A DNA stretch of 61,910 nucleotides, filler included, from Basidiobolus ranarum (lineage: Eukaryota), in the NCBI GenBank assembly GCA_040143965.1. It is 18 parts of 18 records of this genome, joined end to end, with 100 filler letters (N's around TTAATTAATTAA, not from the genome) between each part and the next. Parts side by side here need not be neighbours in the genome. Positions count along the whole stretch, not along the records: positions 37,970 to 41,309 come from JASJQH010009432.1; positions 41,410 to 44,747 come from JASJQH010009433.1; positions 44,848 to 48,184 come from JASJQH010009434.1; positions 48,285 to 51,619 come from JASJQH010009435.1; 14 more parts are not named here. One strand, given 5' to 3'. The notes under the pieces were generated by a model. The model was given only the letters and a program-made list of their open reading frames with translations. It was not told the origin of the DNA and ran no database searches. Positions 38,631 through 51,719 of this stretch are shown here, in pieces; positions within the stretch are counted from its first letter, which is position 1, and each line of letters begins with the position of its first letter. The translations under genes and the position numbers were made by a program.

Positions 38631-40707
38631 TGCAGAGATGTGATTTTTGATGAAAAAGCTAATTTTTTTCCTCAAATCACCGTTCTTGATCCTAGAAACT
38701 CAATCAGCAATAGTCAGGAAGTGTCTGACAGAATTTCAGCTATATCTGAGCCTTATTCAACAGACATCTCAGTCCTAATTACACAAGAGGATGCATCAGG
38801 CCCCACAAGATCATCTAGAGGAATAAATAAGCCGGGGAACTAGTGGAACACTTCCAATGATGATGTATATGTTTATGCAGCATTCAGTGACAACCTAAAG
38901 ACTCTGTATCAAGCTCTGGAGTGTACAGAATCAAAATATGGCCAACAGCAATATCTGGTGATTCTTCTTCACTGCAAGACAGGAGAACATGGGTTTTGAG
39001 TCCTCTACAATCAGAGGGAAAGCCAATAGGTTGCAAACCAGTCCACAAATGAAAAAACTAAGCTGATGGAACCATAAAAGATACAAAGCAAGACTAATTG
39101 CAAAAGATTATTCCCTGACTACAAGAGTGGATATAAATGAAACTTTTGCTCTAATAGCTAAGTTTAGCTCCATAGATCAATTCTGGTACTCTCAGCAGCC
39201 TATAATGTTGATTTACATCAAATATAATGTAAGAACAACTTCTTTGAGTGGAAATCCAAAAGAAGATATTTATATGAAGTAACCAGATCAATTTATTGCC
39301 CAAAACACACTATATGGTCTGTAAACTGCAAAAATTAGTATATAGCATATTTGTAATTATTAGAATTCCAGAAATGAACAGTAGATCACACTATCTACAT
39401 CAAGACAACCAGATATAAGATCCTTCACTTAGTACTATATGTGGCTGACTTGATCATAGCCACAAATGATCTAGAAGCACTCAATCAGACAAAAAGCAGC
39501 TTATCAAGCCAATTTCAGATGACTGATATGGGTGAATTAAATCATTTTCTTAGAATCCAAAGCAAGCAAGATAAACCTAATCAGAAAATCAAGCTCAATC
39601 AGTCTAAAAACATCTTAGACATTCAAATATACTTCAATGTGGGGTAGAGCACCCAGTATGAACATCAGTGGATTTCAATGTGAAATTAATCAAATTTTCA
39701 TCTGATTAGGCCCAAAATGACTCAAATCAACACTAGGAGTTCCCTTTTCAGTCCATGGTGGGTAGGTTAATGTAGGTAGTGGTTGGAACACATCCAGACA
39801 TTGCTGCAGCATTGGGAGCTGTCACCTAATATCTCAAAAATCCATTATCTGAGCACAAACCTGCAGTAGAACAAATATTCAAGAATTTTTGAGGAACTGT
39901 AGATCCAATTCTGGAAAACTCTGCCACTCCTGATGCACAAATTTTGAAGGCTCCAGTGATGCAAACTGGGGAAGAAACCTTGATGATAGAATATCAGCAA
40001 CAGGGCAGACTTTTCTCTAATGAAATGTAGTCGTAACTTGGAATATTAAGAATAACCAACCATGGCACTTCCCACTACAGAAACAGAGTATATGGCTGCC
40101 TCTGATACTACACAAGAAACAATGTGGATAAGGAAGGTAATTACAGACTTATGATACATGCAAAAATGTGCTATTAGTGTATTTGAACATAATCAAAGTT
40201 GTATTTGCTTAGCTAAAAACTCTCCATTCCATGTTAAAACAAATCATATAGATATTGGGCATCATTTTGTTGGAGAAACAATAAATAATGATATAGTTGA
40301 ACTTGTCTATTGCCTGACTGAAGAAATGATTGCTGATATCTTAACCATACCTTTATCCTGAGCACAATATGAATTATTCAGATATAAGTTAAGTTTAATA
40401 GAAAGAGAAAGTAATATGTTCAGGTGGAATGTTGAAATTAGGTAAAGAGCAACCCAATATTAGTAGGCAGTTTATTCATATTCTGATCTTTAGCACTCAA
40501 TTGTGCCATTCAAAATCATATGTTTATTGCTCTAATTCATAGAAATATCAACTGGATCACTTTTACTAATTTTCACTATTTTTTTCAAAACATCTCTTAA
40601 TCACCTCAAATTTTCACCCATGCTTAACAGGCATGTTTGTTATGCTCTAAGCATGTCCAATAGTCTTATTTCTTATTAAACTGTAAATAGGACATAGTCA
40701 ACTCAAT
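38631..40707 (+). mobile_element. Degenerate Ty1/copia 3' half: RT, RNase H and 3' LTR (family B, 40430-40707)
   Basis: RDVIFDE, RYKARLIAK, LYVADLII, MTDMGELNHFL, ALPTTETEYMA, KTNHIDIGHHFV and EMIADILT motifs with stops and frameshifts. A purine tract precedes TGTTGAAATT. Confidence 0.9.
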
Positions 40708-41309
40708 AGACTTGTTCCATTTTGTTGAGCCAGATTAGGCCAGCTAAAAATTGTACCAGCACAAATTGGCATGATGTTATTTACCAATTTGGAAACAGTT
40801 TCTTTTACTTCTGTGGTATATTTAGGAAAAGTACTTTTAGACATTATTGCACATTCAAAAGATGATGAAACCTTTATTCATTGTGTCTTAAGTCTAGAGC
40901 TCTCAATGGATATCTTTGTGTATGAATGTATTGGGAAATAATCAAGATTTTGACTACTTTGCTAAACTTTGATTGAGGCCCACAAAATGATTTTCCTCCA
41001 TACTTTCCTGCTACAATGTTGTATCTCTTTAGGAAACCAAAGCTATGTTCTACTCTTACTCTAAAGTGGGAAAAAATGTCATTATAAAGCTTTTGCCTCT
41101 CTGTGAGTATCCCTCTTCTGTGCCTTTTGTTAGCTGTGACACATCCTAGCCTTTTGCATTCTTCCCCAAAATATGCCAAATCAGCCATAGTCTTCTCAAG
41201 TTTTACAAATGGTGCATTCCTCTCAACCCAAAGCCTTTTGTCATGGTGTCTCCCTGGATGTGGCCCACTAAACCAAATGATGTTTCCTTCCAAATCTGTC
41301 AAAGCCTGG
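40708..41309 (-). mobile_element. IS5/ISL2-PIF/Harbinger-type element, right end, with DDE_Tnp_4 transposase C-terminus (40874-41309)
   Basis: G..HD, ADLAY.G, LT..QK.YN and RVRVEH.FG.LKR motifs. The TIR AGACTTGTTCCATT is inserted at an AAT in LTR B. Confidence 0.88.
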
Positions 41310-41505
41310 NNNNNNNNNNNNNNNNNNNNNNNNNNNNNNNNNNNNNNNNNNNNTTAATTAATTAANNNNNNNNNNNNNNNNNNNNNNNNNNNNNNNNNNN
41401 NNNNNNNNNTTGACAATGGTAAAACAGTATGTAAACAGTATTTCCCCAATGAATTAAAATTGTGACAGTTTTCCTATGATGACAATCCTCAATTTTGTGT
41501 TAGGG

Positions 41506-43300
41506 TTTGCTGATACATTGTTAATCAGATTAGCATATGATCATACTGATGATTTCACAAAGTGCATCATTTCATTGCAGGAGCACTTCAAATGGGAACT
41601 CTTGGAATGTATAGCAAGGGCCTATAATCTCTAAGCATTGCAAAAGATTCAGCAGGGAATGTATTGAGTACCAGCATATGTTCAGTCTATCTTCTTTAAA
41701 CCTTTGATAAAGTTTTTCATATCTATTTACAAAATCTTTGCACAGTTGCTGTATCTGCCTGAGATCTGCCTATGTGCGTTGATGCCATAAGAATGGATCA
41801 ACAATATCAACAAGCAACTTGCAATGTTGCCAATACTTATCAGGCAGAAATCTTTTTAAGATTCCACTTGAATACATATAAATCCAATACTTTCAGTCTT
41901 TGCATTTGAATAAATGCCTAGATGAATGGATATTGATGGGAATCCTGAGAAAATATGATGGTATCAAGACATTTTCAAGCATTTTCCCAATTGACTCAAA
42001 TTTTGTTCCTATCTTGAATGGCTCATTCATATTGAATTTTCCACTATAAAATTGAGTAAGTAGTATTGGAATGTTGTTGAATAGTAAGTGTATAGTGCCT
42101 CATGGGAAGCTCTGGCTCCAGCTGATCCCCTTTAGCAATATAATCTTAGGCCTATGACTAATACCAAGTTTGTTGTTAGGCTGACTATTTGGTGATTTGA
42201 TATCAGTGATCATGTTGAAATATGACCAGACTCTTGATGGTAGAATCATGGAGTTTAGTTTGGTATTTGGATAGTAGTAAGGTGCATTCCTGATTGAGTA
42301 AACTGCATTGATTTGACAAAATCTACAGCAAGAGAGTGCATTGTGCCCACAAAAACCTCCAGGCTTACTGATGACAGGAGTGTCCCCAATACATACAATG
42401 ATATTAGCTTTGATCAAATATTCACCTATCTGAGCCCCACTAGAAAACCATTCAAATTACGCAATCAAAGGCTTCAAGAAGCTATGTGTAAGCACTGGTG
42501 ATTTAGGTCCAGATATGATGGATGTTATCATAATAATGTAACCCTTATACTGTTCAGAAGGAGAAAGATTTAAGTCAATTAAGCTTATTGGCCAGCAAGC
42601 CTTTCCAATGGTATATTTGTTTAATGAGAAACCATCCAGAGCCAATGCAATTGCATAATCCTGCTTGTTTTTAAAGACACCTTGACTTCTCAGATTCTGG
42701 TAGTGATATCCATCAAGTATGTTGGTAATACCATCAACTTTATAATTACTACTTTGGTAATCAAACAAACATCTATAACTTGGTGATTTCATCAAAACTT
42801 AAGACAGGGAAGCAACAGTATGTAAGCCAAACATGAACAATGTTTACCTGATTCAATGATTGCAAATTGTGTGCAAACAGTACATGATTTCTGGTTTTTC
42901 AGATCCTTAGTGAAAGCCAAACAATTATTTGACATGTAAGTAGCTTAATTACTGAAGGATTATAAGTCATATGATTGACAAGTGTTTTCCACTTGTACCA
43001 GGTCTGTGGTAAGCAACAGTTGCCAATCAACTGTGGTAAAAGTGTAGGAAAACCAATAAACACCTGGTTGCTAAGAATGGATTGAACTCTCTACTTCTCA
43101 ATAATCAAAGCTGCTTTCTTTATGGTTAGTGTCACAAGTGGACCAATGCTTGCCAATAACAAAGAGTCCATAACAAAACTGTTGTCTTCTTCAACTTCTG
43201 ATATACAACCTTCAGTACAGGAATAACCAAGGTCAACATCAAGCAGCATGTCCTCAAACTTGTCTGGACTTACTTGTTCCACCAAAGTTGCATTTCTACC
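41506..43300 (-). pseudogene. Degenerate CACTA (Tnp2) transposase; an inverted CACTA left end lies at 41410-41505
   Basis: ALALDGF, GDTP.ISK.GGFCGHNALSCCRFC, SFP and FLPDKYWQH motifs across broken frames. Confidence 0.85.
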
Positions 43301-43793
43301 TATATTATTTTGATTATATAAATGTGGTAACTAAAATGGTATCTTGAATTTTGGTAGTTTTACCTAAACTTTGAGGCAAAGCACAGGCAGTGGAAGCAGT
43401 GAGCAAAACTAAAGTAATTTTGTGCACTTATTACTGTTGACATTCACCTGGCTTTGTGCTACTGGTAGCTTTATATGGTGACTGGGCTTGTGATTAATTT
43501 TTCTATGAAGCCTCCAGCTTTCATAGCACAAAAATCTGTGACAATAATAGCAGGGCTTCTTTAAATGTTTGTGATGCATCATGAGAAGGATATTGTAAAA
43601 AGAAAACACCTCCTATGTAAGGGTGATATATTGGGTATAGCCCATCAAAATCATCAGCTGATTCTGAGATGGTGTTACAGATGATTTGTCAGGAAATTTA
43701 TAAGATATTTCTGGTAATGGATGGCACTTTTGGTTTATCATAAACTGCTTCTAAGCAACTTCATTACACGAAGTTAAACATCCAAAAATTTCA

Positions 43794-44747
43794 ATGCCAT
43801 TCAAAAAGCATTCAAAATCTAAATCAAAATTGGCTTCAAAGCAAAAGCCTGCTGGCACAAAAGGAAAAAAACCAGCAAGAACAAAGGACATAATTGATGA
43901 GCAGTCAAGTAATCCACTATCCATTTTGGAAGGCACTAACATGGCAGAAACTAACTCAAGTAATGATAAAGCATTATTCAATTTACCAGATGTTTCCCTT
44001 TCTAACAATAGTGTAAGTGAAGAGATTGTAATCCCCCAATTGTTTAGTAAATCAATAGTTGAGCAAAGTTCAACTGAAATACCATCAAGACCATCAACTT
44101 CCAAAATGGCTACTTTGCCAACTAGTGAACAACCCTCCATAGAAATTTGGGATAAAATTATTATTACAAGGGAATTGCAGGCAGAACACCATAACGATGT
44201 GCATGCAATCATAAGTAAAAACTACAAAGTTGCTATACAAGCAATGCAAGTAGCAACACCACAATGTTGCAAATAATGCAGCATTTGGAAGCAACTAGTC
44301 TACAGTCAGAGAGTCACTCAACAATGATACAAGACCTTCAGAATGCTGTACTTGAGCTACAGCAACATACTCACCATCTATCCATTCTCATATGGGTTTT
44401 CAATCAATCCCACACCATACATATGAACATCATCATGACAATCTAGCAGAGCAGATATTGGTTGGACCATTAAGCATACACAATGACCCAGAATTGCTTG
44501 GGCATAATAAAGTTAAAATCTCATGAGAAAACTGGCTAACCAAAGGACTCTGAATGTCAGAGCTGCCATCACTTGCTCTGATGATGAGTGGCCAAACATT
44601 TTGCAAGCTGCATGGAATCTTGCCCAATATTACCTTGATTTGAGCTAATGATGGAAAAACCAAAAACCCGGTGTTACTCTGAGCATTCGTGACTTATTTC
44701 AGGTAGCTTATCCCAGGCTTTTGCAAGCAAAGGGGAATTGGGCTTGT
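43794..44747 (+). pseudogene. Divergent second ORF, probably of the CACTA element (basic N-terminus, coiled-coil-like), disrupted
   Basis: A K-rich ORF continues through stops. It is CpG-depleted like the adjacent transposase. Confidence 0.4.
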
Positions 44748-44847
44748 NNNNNNNNNNNNNNNNNNNNNNNNNNNNNNNNNNNNNNNNNNNNTTAATTAAT
44801 TAANNNNNNNNNNNNNNNNNNNNNNNNNNNNNNNNNNNNNNNNNNNN

Positions 44848-46337
44848 CCTTACGGAAATTTGCCAAAATACAAGAGCTTATTCTCATTGTGAATGATAAC
44901 AAGAGTCAGCTATTTGCCAAGTGTCAGTGCTATTCAAAATCTCAGATGTTTAGCAATTTTTCCACTATTAGTTTACTGGTACACAGTATTATTGTTTTAG
45001 CCATGGGGTAATCTATTCCAGCAATGACACATCTACATGTGGCAGGACATTTGTTGACTGCAAGTTGGGGATATATTGGCAGAATTCTTTAAGGAAATTT
45101 GCCAAAATCCAACATCTTATTCTCATTCTGAATGGTAACAAGAGTCAGCTATTTGCCAAGTATCAATGCTATTCCAAATTTCAGATGTTTAGCAATTTTT
45201 CCACTGTTAGTTTGCTGGTAAAGCATACTGATGTTGTTTAGTTATGTCTAATCAGTCAAGTATGTGCATATGTAGAGACTTAACACAACAAGATTCTTGT
45301 ATTTTTTGATTCTCATTATGGCTGGAATACAAAGCCTAAAATATCTAAATAAAGGCATGCATAATAAATTGTATTCTTATAGCAGTAAACCCAGTAATTT
45401 ACCATTCAAAAAATATATTTTTGCAAAAATTGACGGATATTGAATAATGCATGCCAATTTGAGGATCAATATTTTTACATGTATGAATACCATTAAAATA
45501 CTGTCAAGAAACCGCCATCATATCATCAAAATCCTGGCAGAATGCAAGCTACCAATATTGTGATGGTTCTCTTACAGTCTTGCTCTTTTGGAGGGTGGAT
45601 CCAATCCAGATCAAATCAATTTTATTTTGTTAGGGTAATATAATGATATTTCTAGAAAAATCTGCAAAACAGACTAGTTGGTGAGATAGATCAAGATATG
45701 CACTAATATCATTTTTGCCATGGGGTAATATATTCAAGTATTGACATATCTACTTGTGGCAGGACATTTATTGAGTGCAGGTTGGGGATAGTTTTTGTGT
45801 ATTTTTTATGTCAATATGCAAAATCCTGCTTACTGTGTTTGTAGATGGTAACAGCAGCCAGCTATTTGCCAAGTGTCAGTGCTGTTCAAAATATCAGATG
45901 TTTAGCAATCTTTCCACCATTAGTTTGCTAGTAAAGCATATTGCTGTTGTTGAGTTATGTCTGATCAGTCAAGCATGTGCATATGTAGAGACTGAACACA
46001 ATGTGATTCTTGTATTTTTTGATTCTCATTTTGTCTGGAATACAAAGCCTAAAAAATCTAAAATTGGCATGCATATTAATTGGAGCACTTACAGTAGTAA
46101 ATGCAGTAATTTGCAATCTGAAAATTAGTTTTTTGCTAAAATTGTTGGAAATCTAATAACAAATGACAAGTATGAGGATCACTATTTTGCCATAAAAATA
46201 CTGTCAAGAAGGCACTATCCCACCATAAAAATCCCTGGCCAAATGCAAACCAGCAATATTGTGATGGTTTTCTGATGGTTTTGCAATTCAGAAGGGTGGA
46301 TCCAATCCTGATCAAATCAATTCTATTCTTGTCAGGG
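44848..46337 (+). mobile_element. Tandem nested CACTA 3' ends (termini at 45635 and 46337)
   Basis: Repeated unit of about 650 bp homologous to 49460-50113, ending TGTTAGGG or TGTCAGGG. Confidence 0.8.
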
Positions 46338-47700
46338 AATGCAAAAACCAGTGTGCATATTGAAAAGAGCCCTTTGTGGGAAGGTTAATATACTCTGGAT
46401 CCTGCTTAACCCATTACATTACTTCCATCACCAAACTTGCTGATCTGTTGTTAATCAGACTAGCTTACATTAATACTGACATTCCCACACATAGCATCAT
46501 TTCACAGCAGGTGCACTCTGTGGGGAACTCCCTAAATGTATAGTGATGGCCTACAGTCCCTAAGCCTTGTAAAAGATACAGCCAGGAATATATAGAATAC
46601 TGGCATCAATTCAGTCTATCTTATTTAAAGCCTTAATAAAATATTTCATATCCAATTACAAAATCTTTTCACAGTTTCACTATCTGCCTGAGATCTGCCA
46701 ATGTGAGGTAATGCCATACAAGTATATTAACAACATCCACAAATAACTCCCAATGTTGCCAATACTTTTCAGGCAGAAATCTTTTCAAGACTCCACTTGA
46801 ATATATATAAAATTCAATACGTCCTGTTTTTGCATTTGAATAAATGTGTTGCTGAGTGGATATTAATGAGAGTCCTGGAAAATTATGAAGGTATCTTGAT
46901 GTTTTCAAGCATCTTGCTAGTCAATTCCAACTTTGATACTATCTTGATTGGCTCATTTATATTGAAGTTTCCACCCTATAGCTGAGTAAGTAGTATTGGA
47001 ATGTTGTTGAATAGTAAGTGGATAGTGCCTAATGGGAAGCTCCAGCTCCAGCTGATCCCCTTTAGAAATATTATCTTAGGCTTATGGCTAATATCAAGTT
47101 TGATGTTAGACTTACTATTTGGTGAATTCATGTCAGTGAGCATGTTCAGATCTGACTCTGCTCTTGACAGTAAAATCATGGAGTTTGTGTTGTATTTGGA
47201 TAGTGGTAATGTGTATGCCTGATAGAGTAAGCTATGTTGATTTGATAAAATGTACAACTAGAAAGTGCATTATGCTTGCAAAAACCTCCATGTTTATGGA
47301 TGGCAGGAGGGTCACCAATAACTACAGTGATATAAGCTTTAGAAAGATATTTACCCATCTGAACCACATTAGATAACCATTCAAATTCTGCAATCAAAGG
47401 CTCCAAGAAGCTATGTAAACACACTGGTTATTTAGAACCAGATATGGTGTATAGTATCAAAATATTACAATTCTTATACCATTAAGATGTAGAAAGATTC
47501 AAGTTAATGAGAAATATTGGCAAGCAAGTCTTTCTAACCATATATTTGTTTAGGGAGAAACCATCCAGAGCCAATGCAAATGCATGATGATAAGTATTAT
47601 CAATGAACCCTTGCCTTTTCAGATTCTGGTAGTGATATCCATCAAGCATACTGATAAACCATCTTTAGAGTGAGTACTTTGGTATTGGATCAATGATCTG
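46338..47700 (-). pseudogene. Degenerate CACTA transposase
   Basis: SFLEPLIAEF, GDPPAI..GGFC.HNALSSCTF, SFPLGTIHLLFNNI and LKRFLPEKYWQHWELFV. Confidence 0.85.
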
Positions 47701-48184
47701 CCCTAACAAAAATTTGAGGATTGTTATTGTAGGAAAACCATTGTGGTTTTAATTCATTTGGGATTGAGTGTTTCCTTTCCATCATAAAATTGTCATGTTA
47801 GATTGGATGTTAATCAATTTTTGCAGTTTCAGGAGTGAAATTTCAAGATCTTTCAAAATAGTTGCACATGATTGGCTAAAATGTCAGAGAACTATGGAAC
47901 AACATATGTGCAAAAAACTTAATTCAAATTTAAATATTTATTACTTGAATGCTAATTTGTGACCTTCAAAATTCCTAGTTTATATAATAGACTTGTTGCA
48001 TTTTATTGAGCCAGATCAAGCCAGCTAAAAAGTGTGCCAGCACAAATTGGCATGATTGGGCACTATCCAGCATGATGTTATTTACCATTTTGGAAACAGT
48101 TTATTTTACTTATGTGGTATGTTTAAGAAAAGTACTTTTAGACATTATTGCACATTCAAAAGATAATGAAAGCTTTATTCATAG
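47701..48184. mobile_element. CACTA left end (47701-47988) interrupted by the right end of the Harbinger-like element (47989-48184)
   Basis: Starts CCCTAACA. AGACTTGTTGCATT onward is homologous to 40708-40880. Confidence 0.8.
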
Positions 48185-48284
48185 NNNNNNNNNNNNNNNN
48201 NNNNNNNNNNNNNNNNNNNNNNNNNNNNTTAATTAATTAANNNNNNNNNNNNNNNNNNNNNNNNNNNNNNNNNNNNNNNNNNNN

Positions 48285-50113
48285 GGGGTTTAGATGCATG
48301 AATATCTTGTTAAAGCTAAAATCAATTTATGTATTGGTGATGATCCTGTTATCAGTAAACTTGGAGGTTTTTGCAGGCCCAATGCACTATCTTGCTGTAG
48401 ATTTTGTCAAATCAATGGAATTTACACTAACAGGATTACACATTACTACTATCCAAATACAACACTAAACTTCATGATTTTACCATCAAGAGCTAGGTCA
48501 GATATCAACATGATCACTAATATCAATTCACCAAATACTCAGTCTAACATCAAACTTGGTATTAGGGGCAAGCCTGATATTATATTGCTCAAGGGGATCA
48601 GCTGGAGACAGAGCTTCCCATCAGGCACTATGCACTTACTATTCAATAACATTCTGATACAACTTACTCAGCTATATGGTGGAAAATTCAATATGAGTGA
48701 GCCATTTGAGATTGGATTAAAGTTTGAATTAATTGGTAAAATGCTTGAAAACATCAAGATACCATCACATTTGACCAGGACTCCCATCAATATCCACTAA
48801 TCTAGGCATTTATTCAAATGCAAAGACTGGAAATATTGGATTTGTATATATTCAAGTGGAATTTTGAAGTGATTTCTGCCTGATAAGTAATGGCAACATT
48901 TGGAGTTGTTTGCTGATATTGTTGATATATTCTTACTGCATCAACTCACATTGGCAGATCTCAGGCAGATACAGCAATTGGCCAAAGATTTTGTAATTGG
49001 ATATGAAAAACTTTATTACAGGTTTAAAGAAGACAGACTGAATCTATGCTAGTATTCAATACATTGCCTGCTGCATCTTTCACAATGCTTAGAGATTATA
49101 GGCCCTTGCTATACACTCTGGGAGTTACCAATGGAGCGCACCTGTGATGAAATGATGCTCTGTGTGAAAATGTCAGTATTACCATATGCTAATCTGGTTA
49201 GCAATGTACCAGCAAAAGCAGTGATGGATGTAATGCAATGGGTATTGGGGACTCCAGAGTATATTAACCTGCCAACCAAGGGCCTTTTTCAATGCACCAA
49301 TGGGTTTTCAGATTGTTTGAGCACAATAGCAGGAACAAAGCTCAATCCATGGACACAGAGTAAGTAGCTTTATTATTAGACTAATTTGCTTGTGTGATAA
49401 TCTGATGGTATTTTTAGGAAAGCTGCAATAGAGACTTCTTGGTGAGATAGATTGAGATATGCAGTATCATTGTTTTAGCCATGAGGTAATCTATTCTAGC
49501 AATGACACAAGTACTTGTGGCAGCACATTTGTTGACTTCAAGTTGGGAATATATTGGCTGAATTCTTTACAGAAATTTGCAAAAATCCAAGAGCTTATTC
49601 CATTCCAAATGGTAACAAGAGTCAGCTATTTGCCAAGTCTCAGTGCTATCCAAAATTTCAGATGTTTAGCAATTTTTGCACCATTAGTTTGCTGGTAATG
49701 CCTATTGATGTTGTTGAGTTATGTCTAATCAGTCAAGTATGTGCATATGTAGAGACTAAACACAATGAGATTCTTGTATTTTTTGATTTGCATTATGGCT
49801 GGAATACAAACCTAAAATATTTAAATAAAGGCATGCATATTAATTCAAATTCCTACAGCAGTAAACCCAGTAATATGATATTCAAAATTTATATTTTTGC
49901 AAAAAATGCTGGATATTGGATAACACATGGCAAATTTGAGGATCAATATTTTAACATGTATGAATACTGTGAGGATACCATCAAGAAACCACCGTCACAC
50001 CATCAAAATCCCTGGCAGAATGCAAGCCAACAATAATGTGACAGTTCTCTGATGGTTATGCTATTTTGAAGGGTGGATCTGATCCGGACAAATCAATTTT
50101 ATCTTTGTTAGGG
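48285..50113 (+). mobile_element. CACTA element 3' half with degenerate transposase, ending TGTTAGGG
   Basis: GGFCRPNALSCCRFC, SFP.GTMHLLFNNI and IHCLLHL..CLRD..PCYT.WE.PMER motifs. Confidence 0.88.
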
Positions 50114-50159
50114 TATAGCTAGCAAGGAAAACCTTACACCTTATGGTGTAAAGCAGAAA

Positions 50160-51619
50160 CCCTAAAAAAAACAAAATTAATTTGATCCAGCTGTTCTCCA
50201 CCATTCTGGATTGCAAAACCATCAGGGGACTGTCACAATAATGGTGGCTTGCATACTGGCTGGGATTCTGATGGTATGATGGCACCATATTGATGGGATT
50301 TTGATAGTAATCATACATGTAGGAATACTGATTCTACTATTTTGCTTGCATTATTTAAAATTCAATAGTTTTTGCAAAAAAACTAACTTTTGAATGGCAA
50401 ATTACTAGGTTTACTGCTATAGGAATATAAGCTTATATCCATGCTTTATTTAGACATCTTACGCTTTGAATTCCTGCCATAATGAATATCACAAAATACA
50501 AGTATTGTGTTCTGTTTAGTCTCTACTTATGCAAATACTTGACTGATCAGACATAACTCAACAACATTAGTATGCTTTACTGGCAAACTAATGATGGAAG
50601 TATTGCGAAACATCTGAAATTTTGAATACACTGACACTTGGCAGATAGCTGACTTTTGTTACCATTCCTAATATGAATACGCACTTGAATTTTATCATAT
50701 TTCCATAAAGCATTCAGCCAAAATATTTCCAACTTGCAGTTAACAAGTGTCCTGCTATAAGTATATGTGTCATGGCTTAAATAGATTACTTGATCACTAA
50801 AACAAGCCCTCAAAAAAATAAAATCTATTTGATCCAGATCAGATCCATCCTCCAAAATAGCAAAAACATCGGAGAACCATCACAATCTTGATGGCTTGCA
50901 TTTGGCCAGGGATTTTGATGATGTGATGGTGGTTTCTTGATCATGTTTTGACAATATTTATACATGTTACAATATTGATCCTCAATTTGGCACGCGTTAT
51001 TCAATATCTGGCAATTTTTGCAAAAATATAAATTTCAAATGGCAATTTACTGGGTTTACTACTCTAGGAATTTGAATTGATATGCATGCCTTTATTTAGA
51101 CATTTTAGGCTTTGTATTCCACCCATAATGAGAATCAAAAAATATTAGAATCTTGTTGTGTTTAGTCTCTACATATGCACATACTTGACTTATTAGACAT
51201 AACACAATAATATTGATATGGTTACCAGCAAACTAAGAGTTAAAAAATTATTCAACATCTGAGAATTTGGGTAGCACTGACACTTGGCAAATAGCTCACT
51301 CTTGTTACCATTCACAATGAGAATAAGCTCACGGATTTTGGCAAATGTCAATAAAGAATTCAGGCAATATATCCCTGACTTGAAGTCAACAAATGTCTTG
51401 CCACAACTAGTTGTGTCATTGCTTGAACAGATTACCCCATGGATAAAACAATAATACTGCATATCTTGATCTATCTCACCAAGAAGTCTGGCTTGCAGCT
51501 TTCCTCAAATACCATCAGATTATCACACAAACCAATTCGTCCAAATTATAGAGGTACTCACTCTGTGTCCATAGATTGGGCTTTGTTGCTGTAATTGTGC
51601 TCAAACAATGCAAAAACCC
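50160..51619 (-). mobile_element. Two further CACTA 3' ends in inverted orientation (termini at 50160 and 50807)
   Basis: Reverse complement of about 49300-50113, with CCCT termini. Confidence 0.8.
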
Positions 51620-51719
51620 NNNNNNNNNNNNNNNNNNNNNNNNNNNNNNNNNNNNNNNNNNNNTTAATTAATTAANNNNNNNNNNNNNNNNNNNNNNNNN
51701 NNNNNNNNNNNNNNNNNNN

